Under the pieces are notes generated by a model. That model searched no databases. It worked only from the letters and a program-made list of their open reading frames with translations, and was not told the DNA's origin. From an uncultured Actinomycetota bacterium (GTDB lineage Bacteria > Actinomycetota > Actinomycetes > JACCUZ01), in contig CAVWQZ010000012.1 in assembly GCA_963757295.1 (NCBI GenBank), forward strand, positions 73,953 to 137,952: a DNA stretch of 64,000 bases, read 5' to 3'. The position numbers and the translations under genes are program-made. Each line of letters begins with the position of its first letter. The first letter of the stretch is position 1. Shown here piece after piece: positions 34,960 to 46,514 of the stretch.

Positions 34960-35858
34960 ATGTCCGCCCATCAGCCGCCCGGCGAGCCCGCGCCCACATC
35001 GCCGCTCGAGCCGGTCCCGATGGAGCCGGTCCCGCCGCCCGAACGACGTGGCCGGGCCGGGCGCAACCTGCCCGCGGCGATCGGCGTGGCCCTCGTCCTC
35101 GGCGCGGTGATCCTCCTCTCGCTCTACCTGTGGAAGGTCGCGTTCGTCTGCGTCGTCGTCATCGCCGTCGTGCTCGCCATCGGCGAGCTCTCCAACGCCC
35201 TGGCCGCCTCGCGGATCAACATCCCCCTCGTGCCCGTTCTGCTCGGCGCGGTGGCGATGCTGGTGGCGGGCTACTCCGGCGGGTCCGAGCCCCTGCTCGT
35301 GGCGCTGGCCATCACCGTGCTCGCCGTCCTGGTCTGGCGGCTGCTCGAGCCACCGCAGGGGTCGGTCGCGGACGTGACGGCCGGGGTGTTCACCGCCCTC
35401 TACGTGCCGTTCCTCGCCAGCTTCGCCGTCCTGATGCTGCGGCCGGACGACGGCGCCGACCGCGTCGTCGTCTTCATCGTCCTCGTGGTGCTCAGTGACG
35501 TCGGTGGCTACGCCGCCGGTGTCCTGTTCGGCCGCCATCCGATGGCGCCGACGGTGAGCCCGAAGAAGTCGTGGGAGGGTTTCGCCGGCTCGGCGGTCTT
35601 CGCTGCGGTGGGCGGGGCGATCGCCGTACCGCTCCTGGTCGACGGCACGCCCGGTCGAGGGCGTTGCGCATCGGCCTGGCCGTGATGGCGGCGGCCACCC
35701 TCGGCGACCTCGGCGAGTCGATGATCAAGCGCGACCTCGGGATCAAGGACATGGGCTCGGTGCTCCCCGGGCACGGCGGGCTGATGGACCGGCTCGACTC
35801 GCTGCTGCCGGCGGCTCCGGTGGCCTACCTGCTGCTGCGCTGGCTGGTGCCGGTCTGA
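34960..35858 (+). CDS. cdsA: Phosphatidate cytidylyltransferase (one frame break)
   Basis: Multiple TM helices. Reads [29 protein letters not shown], then the signature [30 protein letters not shown] in track ORF 35571. Hand-off near 35655. Confidence 0.9.
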
Positions 35859-36970
35859 TGGCCGCCCCGGGAGAGCTCACCTTCGCTGCGCCGCGACGGG
35901 CCAAGCCGCCGCGCCACCTCGCCGACCTCGCGCCCGCCGAGCGTCGGGCCGTGGTCGCCGAGCTCGGTGAGAAGCCGTTCCGTGCCGGCCAGCTGGCCAG
36001 CCACTACTTCGACCACCTCGGCGACGACCCGGAGCGGATGACCGACCTGCCCAAGGCGTCGCGCGCCAAGCTCGTCGACGCGCTGCTGCCGACGCTGCTC
36101 ACCGAGGTGCGGCACCTCGAGGCCGACCGCGGTCGCACCCGCAAGTCGGTCTGGCGGCTGTTCGACGGCGCGACCGTCGAGAGCGTCCTGATGCGCTACC
36201 CGGACCGCGTGACGATGTGCGTCTCCTCGCAAGCCGGCTGCGGCATGAACTGCCCGTTCTGCGCCACCGGGCAGGCCGGGCTCACCCGCAACATGTCCGC
36301 CGGCGAGATCGTCGACCAGGTGGTGGCGGGGGCCCGGATGCTGCGCGACGGCGAGATCGCCGGCGGTCCCGGCCGGGTCTCGAACGTCGTGTTCATGGGG
36401 ATGGGCGAGCCGCTGGCCAACTACAACGCGGTCCTGGGGGCCGTACGACGGCTGACCGACCCGACTCCCGACGGCCTGGGCCTCTCGCAGCGCAACGTCA
36501 CCGTCTCGACGGTCGGGCTGGTGCCCGCCATGGACCGGCTGACCGCCGAGGGCCTCAACGTCACGCTGGCGCTGTCGCTGCACGCTCCTGACGACGAGCT
36601 GCGCGACACCCTCGTGCCGGTCAACACCCGGTGGAAGGTCGCCGAGGTCCTCGACGCGGCGCGGCGCTACTTCGACGCGACCGGTCGTCGGGTGAGCATC
36701 GAGTACGCGCTGATCCGCGACATCAACGACCACGCCTGGCGAGCCGACCTGCTCGGGACCGAGCTCAACCGGCGGGGGCGCGGCTGGGTGCACGTCAACC
36801 CGATCCCGCTCAACCCGACGCCGGGCTCGAAGTGGACGGCGAGCGACCCGCAGGTCGAGCGCACCTTCGTCGCCCGGCTGCGCGCGCACGGCATCCCCAC
36901 CACCGTCCGGGACACCCGTGGCCGCGACATCGACGGGGCGTGCGGCCAGCTCGCGGCGGTCTCGTCGTGA
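35858..36970 (+). CDS. rlmN: 23S rRNA/tRNA adenine-C2 methyltransferase RlmN (radical SAM)
   Basis: Radical-SAM cluster [18 protein letters not shown], plus [13 protein letters not shown] and [11 protein letters not shown]. Intact. Confidence 0.95.
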   Translation: MAAPGELTFAAPRRAKPPRHLADLAPAERRAVVAELGEKPFRAGQLASHYFDHLGDDPERMTDLPKASRAKLVDALLPTLLTEVRHLEADRGRTRKSVWRLFDGATVESVLMRYPDRVTMCVSSQAGCGMNCPFCATGQAGLTRNMSAGEIVDQVVAGARMLRDGEIAGGPGRVSNVVFMGMGEPLANYNAVLGAVRRLTDPTPDGLGLSQRNVTVSTVGLVPAMDRLTAEGLNVTLALSLHAPDDELRDTLVPVNTRWKVAEVLDAARRYFDATGRRVSIEYALIRDINDHAWRADLLGTELNRRGRGWVHVNPIPLNPTPGSKWTASDPQVERTFVARLRAHGIPTTVRDTRGRDIDGACGQLAAVSS

Positions 36971-37608
36971 GTCGTCGGCGAGGCGACCTGTTCCCCGGGT
37001 CAGCGGGCTCGCGAAGGGCTATGACCGCAAGCAGGTCGAGGCCTTCCTGGTCCGTGCCGACCTCGCCCTCAGCGGTGCCTTCCCGACGCTGACGGCCGCC
37101 GAGATCCGGCGCGCCGGCTTCGAGCTCGTCCACCGCGGCTACCAGATCCAGCCCGTCGACGAGGTGCTCGACGAGATGGAGCTGCAGGCAGTCCTGCTGG
37201 CGGCGGCGACCAGCAAGCGGGGCCGGCTGGACCCGGTCGCCGAGGCGGAGTTCCTGCGCGCGGAGCTGTCGGCCCCCTACATGCGCCGCTTCCCGCGGGT
37301 GCACTTCCCGCGCCGTGGCTACGACATCGACGACGTCGACGAGTTCCTCGACCTGGTCGGCAAGGCCCTGGACTCGGCGATCGCGTCAGTCGCCACGGAC
37401 ATCGGCGGCCTCACCGTCGCGGACGTGCGCACGGTGGCCTTCCGGCCGAAGCGCGGTGGCTATGCCGAGGAGGCCGTCGACGAGACCCTCGACCGCGTGG
37501 TCGAGATGATGCTGCTCATCGAGGCCGGCGCCCGCCCGCGCGACCTTCCCCACAACGTTCCCACCAACTCTCCGAACTGCGTCGCCCGACATCGTCAGTG
37601 GCCGATGA
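36967..37608 (+). CDS. DivIVA-domain (antigen-84-like repeat) protein (compensating frame breaks)
   Basis: Two FPRxxxGYDxxxVDxFL-type repeats are present: [20 protein letters not shown] and [19 protein letters not shown] 36967 (GTGA overlap with the rlmN stop) and TGA 37606-37608 share a frame, while the body reads in the track ORF 36918 frame. This implies breaks near 36995 and before 37600. Confidence 0.6.
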
Positions 37609-38971
37609 GGCGGCCGAACAGCGCTGCTCGCCGGGACGGCCGCCCGGTCCGCCGCTCCTCCTCGTCGGCTCCGGTCATCACCTTCAGGCCGGCGTTGACG
37701 CCGAGCCACCGCAACGGCTCCGGCTCCCAGGGCCGCGACCGGTGCCCGACCCAGGGCAGCCGCACGAGGTCGGTGTCGCGGCCGGTGATCAGGTCGGCGA
37801 GAGTCCGGCCGGCCAGGTTCGACGTGCCCACGCCGTCGCCGACGTAGCCGCCCGCCCAGCCCAGCCCGGTGGCGCGGTCCAGGCCCACCGAGGCGAACCA
37901 GTCGCGCGGCACCCCCAGCGGTCCGCCCCAGGTGTGGGTGACCGCCGCGTCGCGCAGCGGCGGGAAGAGGTCGACCAGCACGTCGCGCAGCGCGGCGAAG
38001 ACCGTGGGCTCGCGGTCGTACTCCGGCCGGATGGCCGAGCCGAAGTGGTACGGCGCGCCCCGGCCCCCGAACGCGAGCCGGTCGTCGGCGGTGCGCTGGC
38101 CGTAGATGATCAGGTGCCGGTGGTCGGTGAACGTCTCGCGCCTGCGCAGCCCGACCTCGTCCCAGAACGTGCTCGGCAGCGGCTCGGTGGCGAGCATCAG
38201 CGAGAAGACCGGCGCGATCGCTCGCCGCTGACCCGGCAACCGTGCCGTGTAGCCCTCCGTCGCCCGGACCACGATCGGCGCCCGCACCACGCCGTACGGC
38301 GTGTCCGCCCGTCCCGCGGCCAGCCGGGTCACCCGGGTGCCCTCGAAGATGTCCACCCCGCGGCCGGCCACGGCGTCGGCGAGCCCCCGCACCAGCCGGG
38401 CCGGGTGGATCGCGGCGCAGTTCGGCGTGTACGTCGCCCCGAGGACGTCCGTCGCGCCCAGTGACTCGCTCGCCTCCGCGGCGGAGAGCCAGCGCAGGTC
38501 CTCCTCGCCGAGGCCCCAGGCCCGTGCCTCGGCGACCTCGGCCCGAGCCCGCTCCACCTGGACCGGTGTCCGGGCCAGCGCGATCGTGCCGCCCTTGTCG
38601 TAGTGGCAGTCGATGCCCTCCTCGGCCGCGACCCGGCCGACCTCGTCGACGGTCGCGGTCATGGCGCGGTGCAGGGCCCGGGCCGCATCGCGGTCGGAGC
38701 GCCGGGCGACGGCGGCCATCGACGACGGGAACTGCGCGGAGCACCAGCCGCCGTTGCGACCGGACGCCCCGAAGCCGGCCGTCTCCGACTCGAGGACCAC
38801 GATGCGCAGCGACGGGTCGGCGGCGGCGAGGTAGTAGGCCGTCCAGAGCCCCGTGTAGCCGGCGCCCACGATGCACACGTCGGCATCGCGGTCTCCGGGC
38901 AGAGCGGGCCGGCGCTGGAGGCTGCCGGGGAACGAGTCGTGCCAGAACGACAGGGTCCGGTAGTCGCTCAT
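37595..38971 (-). CDS. FAD-dependent oxidoreductase (DAO family, gamma-glutamylputrescine-oxidase-like)
   Basis: Reads MSDYRTLSFWHDS, with DVCIVGAGYTGLWTAYYL (GxGxxG) and GASGRNGGW. Intact, 458 aa. Its ATG overlaps the upstream stop (ATGA). The track ORF 37595..39451 merges it with the upstream gene. Confidence 0.85.
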   Translation of the reverse strand: MSDYRTLSFWHDSFPGSLQRRPALPGDRDADVCIVGAGYTGLWTAYYLAAADPSLRIVVLESETAGFGASGRNGGWCSAQFPSSMAAVARRSDRDAARALHRAMTATVDEVGRVAAEEGIDCHYDKGGTIALARTPVQVERARAEVAEARAWGLGEEDLRWLSAAEASESLGATDVLGATYTPNCAAIHPARLVRGLADAVAGRGVDIFEGTRVTRLAAGRADTPYGVVRAPIVVRATEGYTARLPGQRRAIAPVFSLMLATEPLPSTFWDEVGLRRRETFTDHRHLIIYGQRTADDRLAFGGRGAPYHFGSAIRPEYDREPTVFAALRDVLVDLFPPLRDAAVTHTWGGPLGVPRDWFASVGLDRATGLGWAGGYVGDGVGTSNLAGRTLADLITGRDTDLVRLPWVGHRSRPWEPEPLRWLGVNAGLKVMTGADEEERRTGRPSRRAALFGRLIGH

Positions 38972-39625
38972 GACCGGGGCTCGGCCCCCCAGCTCCCCAC
39001 GTAGTCGGGCAGCGGCGTGCCGGGCCGCAGGTCGGGCGCGGGCTGCGGCACGCCGTAGGTCTCGCGCACCGGAACCACGCCGGCCCACACGTCGCGGGAG
39101 AGGTCCTCGACCGCGTCGTCCGGCGGCCCGTCGCTCACCTTCACCGACCACTCGACCAGCGGCAGCTCGAGCACCAGCGTCGCCGCCAGCTCCTTGTTGT
39201 TGGGATGGCGCGCGTCGACCCAGCGACCGGGCATCAGGTGCTCGGTGATGGCTTCCAGCGCCTGCAGCTTGGCCGAGCCCGTCGACCGGCGCAGCGCGGC
39301 CGAGCACCATCGCGCACCGGTAGTGCATCGAGGACTCGAAGGTGGACCGCGCCAGCACCAGCCCGTCGTACAGCGTGACCGTCAGGCAGGTCTGCGCACC
39401 GGCGGACAGCGACCGGAACAGCCTGCTCGCGGTCGACCCGTGGAACAGCACGCGCTCGCCGTCGCGGGCATATCCGACCGGTACGACGTAGGGCCGGCCC
39501 TCCTCGTCGAGGACCGCGACGTGCGCGACCCGGCCGGCGTCGAGAACCGCGTCGAGAACGGCCCGGTCCTCGACCTGCTTCTCCGGCAGCCGGCGGACCC
39601 TGGTGCGCTCGGACGAGGGACTCAG
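38968..39625 (-). CDS. Pyridoxamine 5'-phosphate oxidase-family flavoprotein (one frame break; start unresolved)
   Basis: Reads SERTRVRRLPEKQVEDRAVLDAVLDAGRVAHVAVLDEEGRPYVVPVGYARDGERVLFHGSTASRL...SMHYRCAMVLG. After a hand-off near 39275 it reads AKLQALEAITEHLMPGRWVDARHPNNKELAAT...VWAGVVPV (ORF 38968..39234). There is no ATG, GTG or TTG in frame between 39452 and the upstream gene. CTG 39625 is the only candidate start. Confidence 0.7.
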
Positions 39626-41036
39626 AGCCGGGCCCAGGCCTCGGTGAGCACGGAGCGGAGGATCTGCTCCATCTCGTCGAAGTGCGACTGGTCGCAGATC
39701 AGCGGCGGCGAGAGCTGGATCACGGGGTCGCCGCGGTCGTCGGCGCGGCAGTAGAGGCCGGCGTCGAAGAGGGCCTTGGACAGGAAGCCGCGCAGCAGCC
39801 GCTCGGACTCGTCGTCGTCGAACGTCTCCCGGGTGTCCTTGTCCTTCACCATCTCGATCCCGTAGAAGAACCCGTCGCCGCGCACGTCGCCGACGATCGG
39901 CAGGTCGCTCAGCTTCTCCAGCGTGCTGCGGAAGGCGGGCGCGTTCTGCTGCACGTGCTCGTTGAGCCGCTCGCGCTCGAAGATGTCGAGGTTCGCCAGC
40001 GCCACCGCCGCCGAGACCGGGTGGCCGCCGAACGTGTAGCCGTGGGCGAACATGTTGTCGCCCTGCAGGAACGGCTCGATGATGCGGTCGGTCGCGATCA
40101 TCGCGCCGATGGGGGAGTAGCCCGACGTCATGCCCTTCGCGCAGGTGATGATGTCGGGCTGGTAGTCGAAGCGCGCCGAGCCGAAGTAGTGCCCGAGCCG
40201 GCCGAACGCGCAGATGACCTCGTCGGACACCAGCAGCACGTCGTACTGGTCGCAGATCTCGCGCACCCGCTGGAAGTAGCCGGGCGGCGGCGGGAAGCAG
40301 CCGCCGGAGTTCTGCACCGGCTCGAGGAACACCGCCGCGACCGTCTCGGGACCCTCGAACTCGATGGCCTCACCGATCCGGTCGGCCGCCCACCTGCCGA
40401 ACGCCTCGAGGTCGTCGCCGTGCTCGGCCGCGCGGTAGAAGTTCGTGTTGGGCACCTTGTGCGCGCCCGGGACGAGCGGCTCGAACATCGCCTTCGCGCC
40501 GGGGATGCCGGTGATCGACAGCGCGCCGTGCGGCGTGCCGTGGTAGGCGATGTTGCGGCTGATCACCTTGTGCTTCATCGGCCTGCCGGTGAGCTTGAAG
40601 TACTGCTTGGCGACCTTCCACGCGCTCTCGACCGCCTCGCCGCCGCCGGTCGTGAAGAAGACGCGGTTGAGGTCGCCGGGGGCGAGGTGGGCGAGCCGCT
40701 CGGCCAGCTCGACCGCCTTGGGGTGCGCGTAGGACCACAGCGGGAAGAACGCCAGCTCGCTGGCCTGCTTGGCCGCTGCCTCGGCCAGCTCGGTCCGGCC
40801 GTGGCCGACCTGGACGACGAACAGCCCGGCCAGGCCGTCGAGGTAGCGCTTGCCCTTGTCGTCGAAGATGTAGGGGCCGTCACCGCGCACGATCACCGGC
40901 ACGTCGGTCGCGTCGTAGGTCGACATGCGGGTGAAGTGCATCCACAGGTGGTCGTGCGCGCTCTTGGCGAGCGCGCCGTCGCCGGGCGACTGGTGCGTCG
41001 CCGGGCTGCTGGCGTGCCCTGTGCGGAGGTGGTCAT
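39622..41036 (-). CDS. Class-III aminotransferase (putrescine/omega-amino acid:pyruvate type) (one frame break)
   Basis: Motifs FFTTGGGEAVE, LLVSDEVICAFGRLG and ITCAKGMTSGY (PLP Lys). The N-terminus MTTSAQGTPAA (ATG 41036, ATGA overlap with the lrp stop) joins PATHQSPGDGALAKSAHDHLWMHF after a hand-off near 41003. Confidence 0.88.
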
Positions 41037-41506
41037 CTGGTTCCCCAGTTGTAGAGCTGCTTGTGCAGCTTGAGATAGACGAAGGACTCGGTGCTGCGCA
41101 CGGTCGGGACGGCCCGGATCCGCTTGCTCACGAGCTCGAGCAGGTGGTCGTCGTCCTCGCAGACGACCTCGACCAGGAGGTCGAAGCCACCCGCGGTGAT
41201 CACGACGTAGTCGACCTCGGCCATGTCGGCGAGCTTCTCGGCCACCGCCTCGACATCGCCCTCGCAGCGGACGCCGATCATGGCCTGGCGCGGGAAGCCG
41301 ACCTGGAGCGGATCGGTGACCGCGACGATCTGCATGACGCCGGCGTCGAGCAGCCGCTGGACCCGCTGCCGGACGGCCGCCTCGGACAGGCCGACGGCCT
41401 TGCCGATGGCGGCGTAGGGACGGCGGCCGTCCTCCTGCAGCTGCTCGATGATGGCCTTGGAGACGTCGTCGAGCCCGCCCGCGTTGCCCCGCTCTCGCAC
41501 CGTCAT
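41033..41506 (-). CDS. Lrp/AsnC-family transcriptional regulator
   Basis: HTH DGRRPYAAIGKAVGLSEAAVRQRVQRLL plus an RAM/ACT-like C-domain. The start is taken at MTVRERG (41506); the track gives 41566. Confidence 0.88.
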   Translation of the reverse strand: MTVRERGNAGGLDDVSKAIIEQLQEDGRRPYAAIGKAVGLSEAAVRQRVQRLLDAGVMQIVAVTDPLQVGFPRQAMIGVRCEGDVEAVAEKLADMAEVDYVVITAGGFDLLVEVVCEDDDHLLELVSKRIRAVPTVRSTESFVYLKLHKQLYNWGTR

Positions 41507-41669
41507 GGCGCCGATCCTCCCCATCGGATGGGGGTCTTGGCAAGTGATTCCGTCGCGAGAGGGCACCTTTCTTGCTGAATCTGTCGTCTAGCCCGCCCTG
41601 AACTGTTGATACCGGCGTCCCGGCACTACCCTGGCCGGGCCGACCCGCCGACCGACGAAGGAGCCCTCC

Positions 41670-43119
41670 GTGAGCCCGACCCGCGCCCTGCGCAACTTCG
41701 TCAACGGCCAGCAGGTCGACGCCGCCGACGGCCGCACCTCCGACGTGGTCAACCCGGTGACCGGCGAGGCCTACGCCCAGGCGCCCGTCTCCGGGCCGGC
41801 CGACGTCGACGCGGCCATGTCCGCCGCCGCGGCGGCCTTCGAGGGCTGGCGGGACAGCACGCCGAGCGAGCGCCAGCGGGCGCTGCTGCGCATCGCGGAC
41901 GCGATCGAGGACCGCGCGCAGGAGATGGTCGACGCCGAGTCGGAGAACACCGGCAAGCCGCGCGGCCTGACGATGTCCGAGGAGATCCCGCCGATGGTCG
42001 ACCAGATCCGGTTCTTCGCCGGTGCGGCCCGGGTGCTCGAGGGCAAGTCGGCCGGGGAGTACATGGCGGGTCACACGTCGTTCATCCGGCGCGAGCCGAT
42101 CGGTGTCTGCGCGCAGGTGACGCCGTGGAACTACCCGATGATGATGGCGGTCTGGAAGTGGGCGCCCGCGATCGCGGCCGGCAACACGGTCGTGCTCAAG
42201 CCGTCGGACACGACGCCGGTGACGACGCTGCTGATGGCCGAGATCATGGCCGAGTTCCTGCCCGACGGCGTGTTCAACGTCGTCACCGGCGACCGGGACA
42301 CCGGACGGGCGCTCGTCGAGCACCCGGTGCCGCAGATGGTGTCGATCACCGGCTCGGTCCGCGCCGGCATGGAGGTCGCCGGCAGCGCGGCTCGCAACCT
42401 GAAGCGGGTGCACCTCGAGCTCGGCGGCAAGGCGCCGGTCGTCGTGTTCGACGACGCCGACCTGGAGGCAGCGGCCGAGGGCATCGCCGTCGCGGGCTAC
42501 TTCAACGCCGGCCAGGACTGCACCGCCGCGACCCGCGTGCTCGGCCGCTCCCGGCATCCACGACGACTTCGTCGCGGCGCTGGCGGAGCAGGCGAAGAAC
42601 AGCGCCAAGACCGGGCTGCCCGACGACGAGGACGTGCTGTTCGGGCCGCTCAACAACGCCAACCAGCTCGACCGGGTGATGGGCTTCCTGCAGCGCGCGC
42701 CGGAGCACGCGACGGTGGCCGCGGGCGGCAACCGCGTCGGCGGCGACCTGTCGGCCGGCTACTTCCACGAGGCGACCGTCGTGTCCGGACTGCAGCAGGG
42801 CGACGAGATGGTCAGCGACGAGGTCTTCGGCCCGGTCATCACCGTGCAGCGCTTCAGCGACGAGGACGAGGCGGTCCGCTGGGCCAACGGCGTGGAGTAC
42901 GGCCTGGCGTCCTCGGTCTGGACCAAGGACCACGGTCGCGCGATGCGGATGGCCAAGCGGCTGGACTTCGGCTGCGTGTGGATCAACACCCACATCCCGC
43001 TGGTCGCCGAGATGCCGCACGGCGGCTTCAAGCACTCCGGCTACGGCAAGGACCTCTCGATGTACGGCCTCGAGGACTACACGCGGGTCAAGCACGTGAT
43101 GACCAACCTCGACGCCTGA
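41670..43119 (+). CDS. NAD-dependent aldehyde dehydrogenase (aminobutyraldehyde-dehydrogenase-like) (one frame break)
   Basis: GAAGGAG RBS. Motifs VTPWNYP, ELGGKAP and GQDCTAATR (catalytic Cys). After a hand-off near 42543 it continues in ORF 42634 ([17 protein letters not shown]). Confidence 0.88.
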
Positions 43120-43156
43120 ACTGCGGTGCGGAAGCGGTCGGTGAGCAGCGGGAGCG

Positions 43157-44786
43157 GTGAGTACCGCGGTCGACACCGTCTTCCGTGGCGGTGTGGTGAT
43201 CACCGGGCTGCCCGGGGCACCCCGCGCCCGCGCCGCGGCGGTCCACGACGGCCACGGTCGTCGCGCTCGACGAGGACGCACTCGACCTCGCGCCGCGTGC
43301 GCGGCAGGTCGTCGACCTCGACGGCGGTGCCCTGCTGCCGGGCTTCGGCGACGGGCACGCGCACCCGCTGTGGGGCGGCGTCGAGCTCGCCGGCCCGCAG
43401 GTCCGCGACTGCACGTCGGTGCCCGAGGTCGTCGAGGTCGTACGCCGGTTCGCGGCCGAGCATCCGGACGAGGACTGGGTCGTGGGTGGGCCCTACGACC
43501 CGGCGCTGGCCCCCGGCGGCCTCTTCGACGCCCGGTGGCTCGATGCGGGAGTTGCCGACCGCCCGGTTGCGCTGCAGTCGGCCGACCACCACTGCGTGTG
43601 GGCCAACAGCGAGGCGCTGCGACGGGCCGGCCTCGACGAGCACACGCCGGACCCGCCCGCCGCGACCATCGCCCGCCGCCCGGACGGCTCGCCGCTCGGC
43701 ACGCTCGTCGAGTGGAGCGCGATGGACCTCGTCCTGCGCCACGCCCCGGTGCCCACCGCGGCGGACAAGCGGCTCGCACTGCGCCGCTCGACGGCGCTGC
43801 TCGCCGAGGCCGGCATCACCTGGGTGCAGGAGGCGGCCCTGCACCCGGACGACGTCGGCAGCTACCTCGACTGCGCGGCGGCAGGCGAGCTCGCCGTACG
43901 GGTCAACATCGCGCTGCGGGCGGAGCCCGGCGACTGGCCGGACCAGCGGGCCGCCTTCGCCGCGGCGCGCGCGCAGGCGAGCTCGGGTCCCGCGGCCGAC
44001 ATGGTGTCGGCGCGCACGGTGAAGCTGTTCGCGGACGGCGTGGTCGAGGCGGGCACCGCCGCGATGCTCGATCCCTACGACGACGCGCCGCACAGCTGCG
44101 GACTGCCGGTGTGGTCCCCGGCCGAGCTGGCCGAGGCGGTGGCGGCGTTCGACGCCGACGGCTTCCAGGTGCACATCCACGCGATCGGCGACGCGGGCGT
44201 GCGTGCGGCGCTGGACGCCGTCCAGTACGCGACCGACCGCAACGCCCCGCGTGACCGCCGGCCGGTCATCGCCCACACCCAGGTCGTCCACCCCGACGAC
44301 CTGCCGCGCTTCGCCGAGCTCGCCGTCATCGCCAACTTCGAGCCCCTGTGGGCCCAGCTCGACCCGCTGCAGACCGCGCTCACGCTGCCGCGGATCGGAC
44401 CGGTCCGCGGGAGCTGGCAGTACCCGATGGCTGCCCTGCTCGCGACCGGCGCCGTCCTGTCCATGGGCAGCGACTGGCCGGTCAGCTCGCACCGGCCGCT
44501 GGAGGGTCTCGGCGTCGCCGTCACCCGGACGACCTCGACCGGCGACCCGCCCGGCGGCTGGCTGCCGGCGCAGCGGCTGCCGCTGGCGGCCGCGCTCTCG
44601 GCGTACACGCTCGGCGCCGCGTTCCAGGCCTTCGAGGACCATCGCTGGGGCACGGTGGTGCCCGGCAAGCGCGCCGACCTGGTGTGGCTGGACGCCGACC
44701 CGTACGACGTGGACCCGGCCGCCCTGCGCGACGTCGAGGTCCGGGGAACCTGGCTGGGCGGCGCGCCGACGTACGCTGCGCGATGA
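43157..44786 (+). CDS. Amidohydrolase-3 (YtcJ-like metal-dependent hydrolase) (one frame break)
   Basis: Motifs GFGDGHAHPLWGG, VHIHAIGDAGV, IAHTQVV and SMGSDWPV. The N-terminus VSTAVDTVFRGGVVITG joins after a hand-off near 43256. Confidence 0.8.
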
Positions 44787-44982
44787 GGAACGACGGCGTG
44801 GGGAGTGGGTCCGGAGCAGTCGGTGACGGCTTGGTACCAGCTCGGTACCGGCTTGGTCGCAGCGGAGTAGCGATTTCGTGGTCGAAAGCGAGCGCGGCGA
44901 CGGAATCGCTTGTCCGGACCCGTCCCCTCTGTCAGGATCGGCGCGAAACGCGCCTGTGACCACGGAGGAGAGGAGCGGCTCG
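44787..44982 (+). other. 196-nt structured/repeat-containing leader inside the catabolic operon
   Basis: Direct repeat CGGCTTGGT (44827-35 and 44849-57) flanks a GGTACC-AGCTC-GGTACC hairpin (44833-44849). A 7-bp stem joins AGCGATT (44869-75) to AATCGCT (44904-10). The hairpin GGCGCG-AAA-CGCGCC (44940-54) sits just before GGAGGAG and GTG 44983. Confidence 0.4.
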
Positions 44983-46514
44983 GTGCACCAGTTCATCGAC
45001 GGCCGCCGCGTCGGGGCGCGGGCGTCGGGGCACCCGTTCTCGGTGGTGGACCCAGCCACGGGCGAGACCGTGGAGTCGGTCGAGCTGGCCGGCCCGGACG
45101 ACGTCGACGACGCCGTCGCGGCGGCCCGGCGCGCCTACCCCTCGTGGGCCGGGGCGACCCCGGCCGAGCGGTCCGGCGCGCTGGTGCGGCTGGCCGCGCT
45201 GCTCGGCGAGCGAGCCGACGAGCTGGCGACCACCGAGACCCGCCAGACCGGGAAGCCGATCAAGCTGTCGTCGGAGTTCGACGTGCCCGGCACCGTCGAC
45301 AACGTCGCGTTCTTCGCCGGCGCCGCCCGCAACCTGGAGGGCAAGGCCGCGGCGGAGTACTCCCCGGACCACACGTCCATGATCCGGCGCGAGTCGATCG
45401 GTGTCGTCGGCTCCGTGTCGCCGTGGAACTACCCGCTGCAGATGGCGGCGTGGAAGATCCTGCCGGCCATCGCCGCCGGCAACACCATCGTGCTCAAGCC
45501 GGCCGAGATCACGCCGCTGACGTCGCTGCTGTTCGCCGACGCCTGCGCCGATGCCGGCATCCCGCCGGGGTCGTCAACGTGCTCACCGGCCCGGGCTCGG
45601 TCGTCGGTGAGGCGCTGATCGGACATCCCGACGTCGACATGGTGTCCTTCACCGGGTCCACCGCGGTGGGGCAGCGGGTGATGCGCCTCGCCGCCGACGG
45701 CGTGAAGCGGGTTCACCTCGAGCTCGGCGGCAAGGCGCCGTTCGTGGTCTTCGACGACGCCGACCTCGAGGCCGCCGTGCACGGCGCGGTCGCCGGCGCG
45801 CTGATCAACACCGGCCAGGACTGCACCGCCGCCACCCGCGCCTACGTCCAGCGCCCGCTCTACGACGCGTTCGTCGCCGGCGTCGCCGACCTCATGACCC
45901 AGGTCCGGCTGGGCGACCCGATGGACCCCTCGACCGACCAGGGGCCACTGGTGAGCCGGCGGCAGCAGGAGCGGGTGGCCGGATTCGTGGAGCGCGCCCG
46001 CGCCGACGGCGCCAAGGTCGTCGTCGGGGGCGAGATGCCCGGTGGCTCACTGGCCCGGGGTGCCTACTACCAGCCCACGCTGATCGTCGACGCCGACCAG
46101 CGCTCCGAGGTCGTGCAGGAGGAGATCTTCGGGCCGGTGCTCGTCGTCCTGCCGTTCGACTCCGACGACGACGGCCTCGCGCTTGCCAACGACTCGCCGT
46201 ACGGCCTGGCCGCATCGGCGTGGACGACCAGCGTCTACCGCGGCCTGCGTGCCACGCGCGAGATCAGGGCCGGCTGCGTGTGGGTCAACGACCACATCCC
46301 GATCCTCAGCGAGATGCCGCACGGGGGCTACGGTTCGTCCGGCTTCGGCAAGGACATGTCCACCTACTCCTTCGACGACTACACCCAGGTCAAGCACGTC
46401 ATGTTCGACACCACGGCAGTGGCCCGCAAGGACTGGCACCGCACCATCTTCGGTGACCGCACAGCTCCACCGACCGCAGCTCACCCAACCTCCGAGGGAG
46501 TCCCTCAGTCATGA
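44983..46514 (+). CDS. NAD-dependent aldehyde dehydrogenase (one frame break)
   Basis: Reads VHQFIDGRRV, with VSPWNYP. After a hand-off at the G-run near 45570 it reads [25 protein letters not shown] and PHGGYGSSGFG. Confidence 0.88.

Noticed and set aside
41567-41669. A TTGATA-n15-TACCCT promoter for the aldehyde dehydrogenase operon in the lrp-divergent region.
   Set aside because: The 15-nt spacer is too short for a confident call, and no clear Lrp-type AT-rich repeats were found. It is left unannotated.
44787-44982. A guanidine riboswitch (ykkC, mini-ykkC or ykkC-III), suggested by CCGGAC and GTCAGGA strings near agmatinase-type genes.
   Set aside because: The conserved cores as I remember them are absent: the ACGR-loop hairpin pair, the CCGG...CCGG plus GCGCCGU/ACGGCGC pseudoknot, and ACACGG...CCCGGGAGA. 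The region is kept only as an unexplained structured leader.
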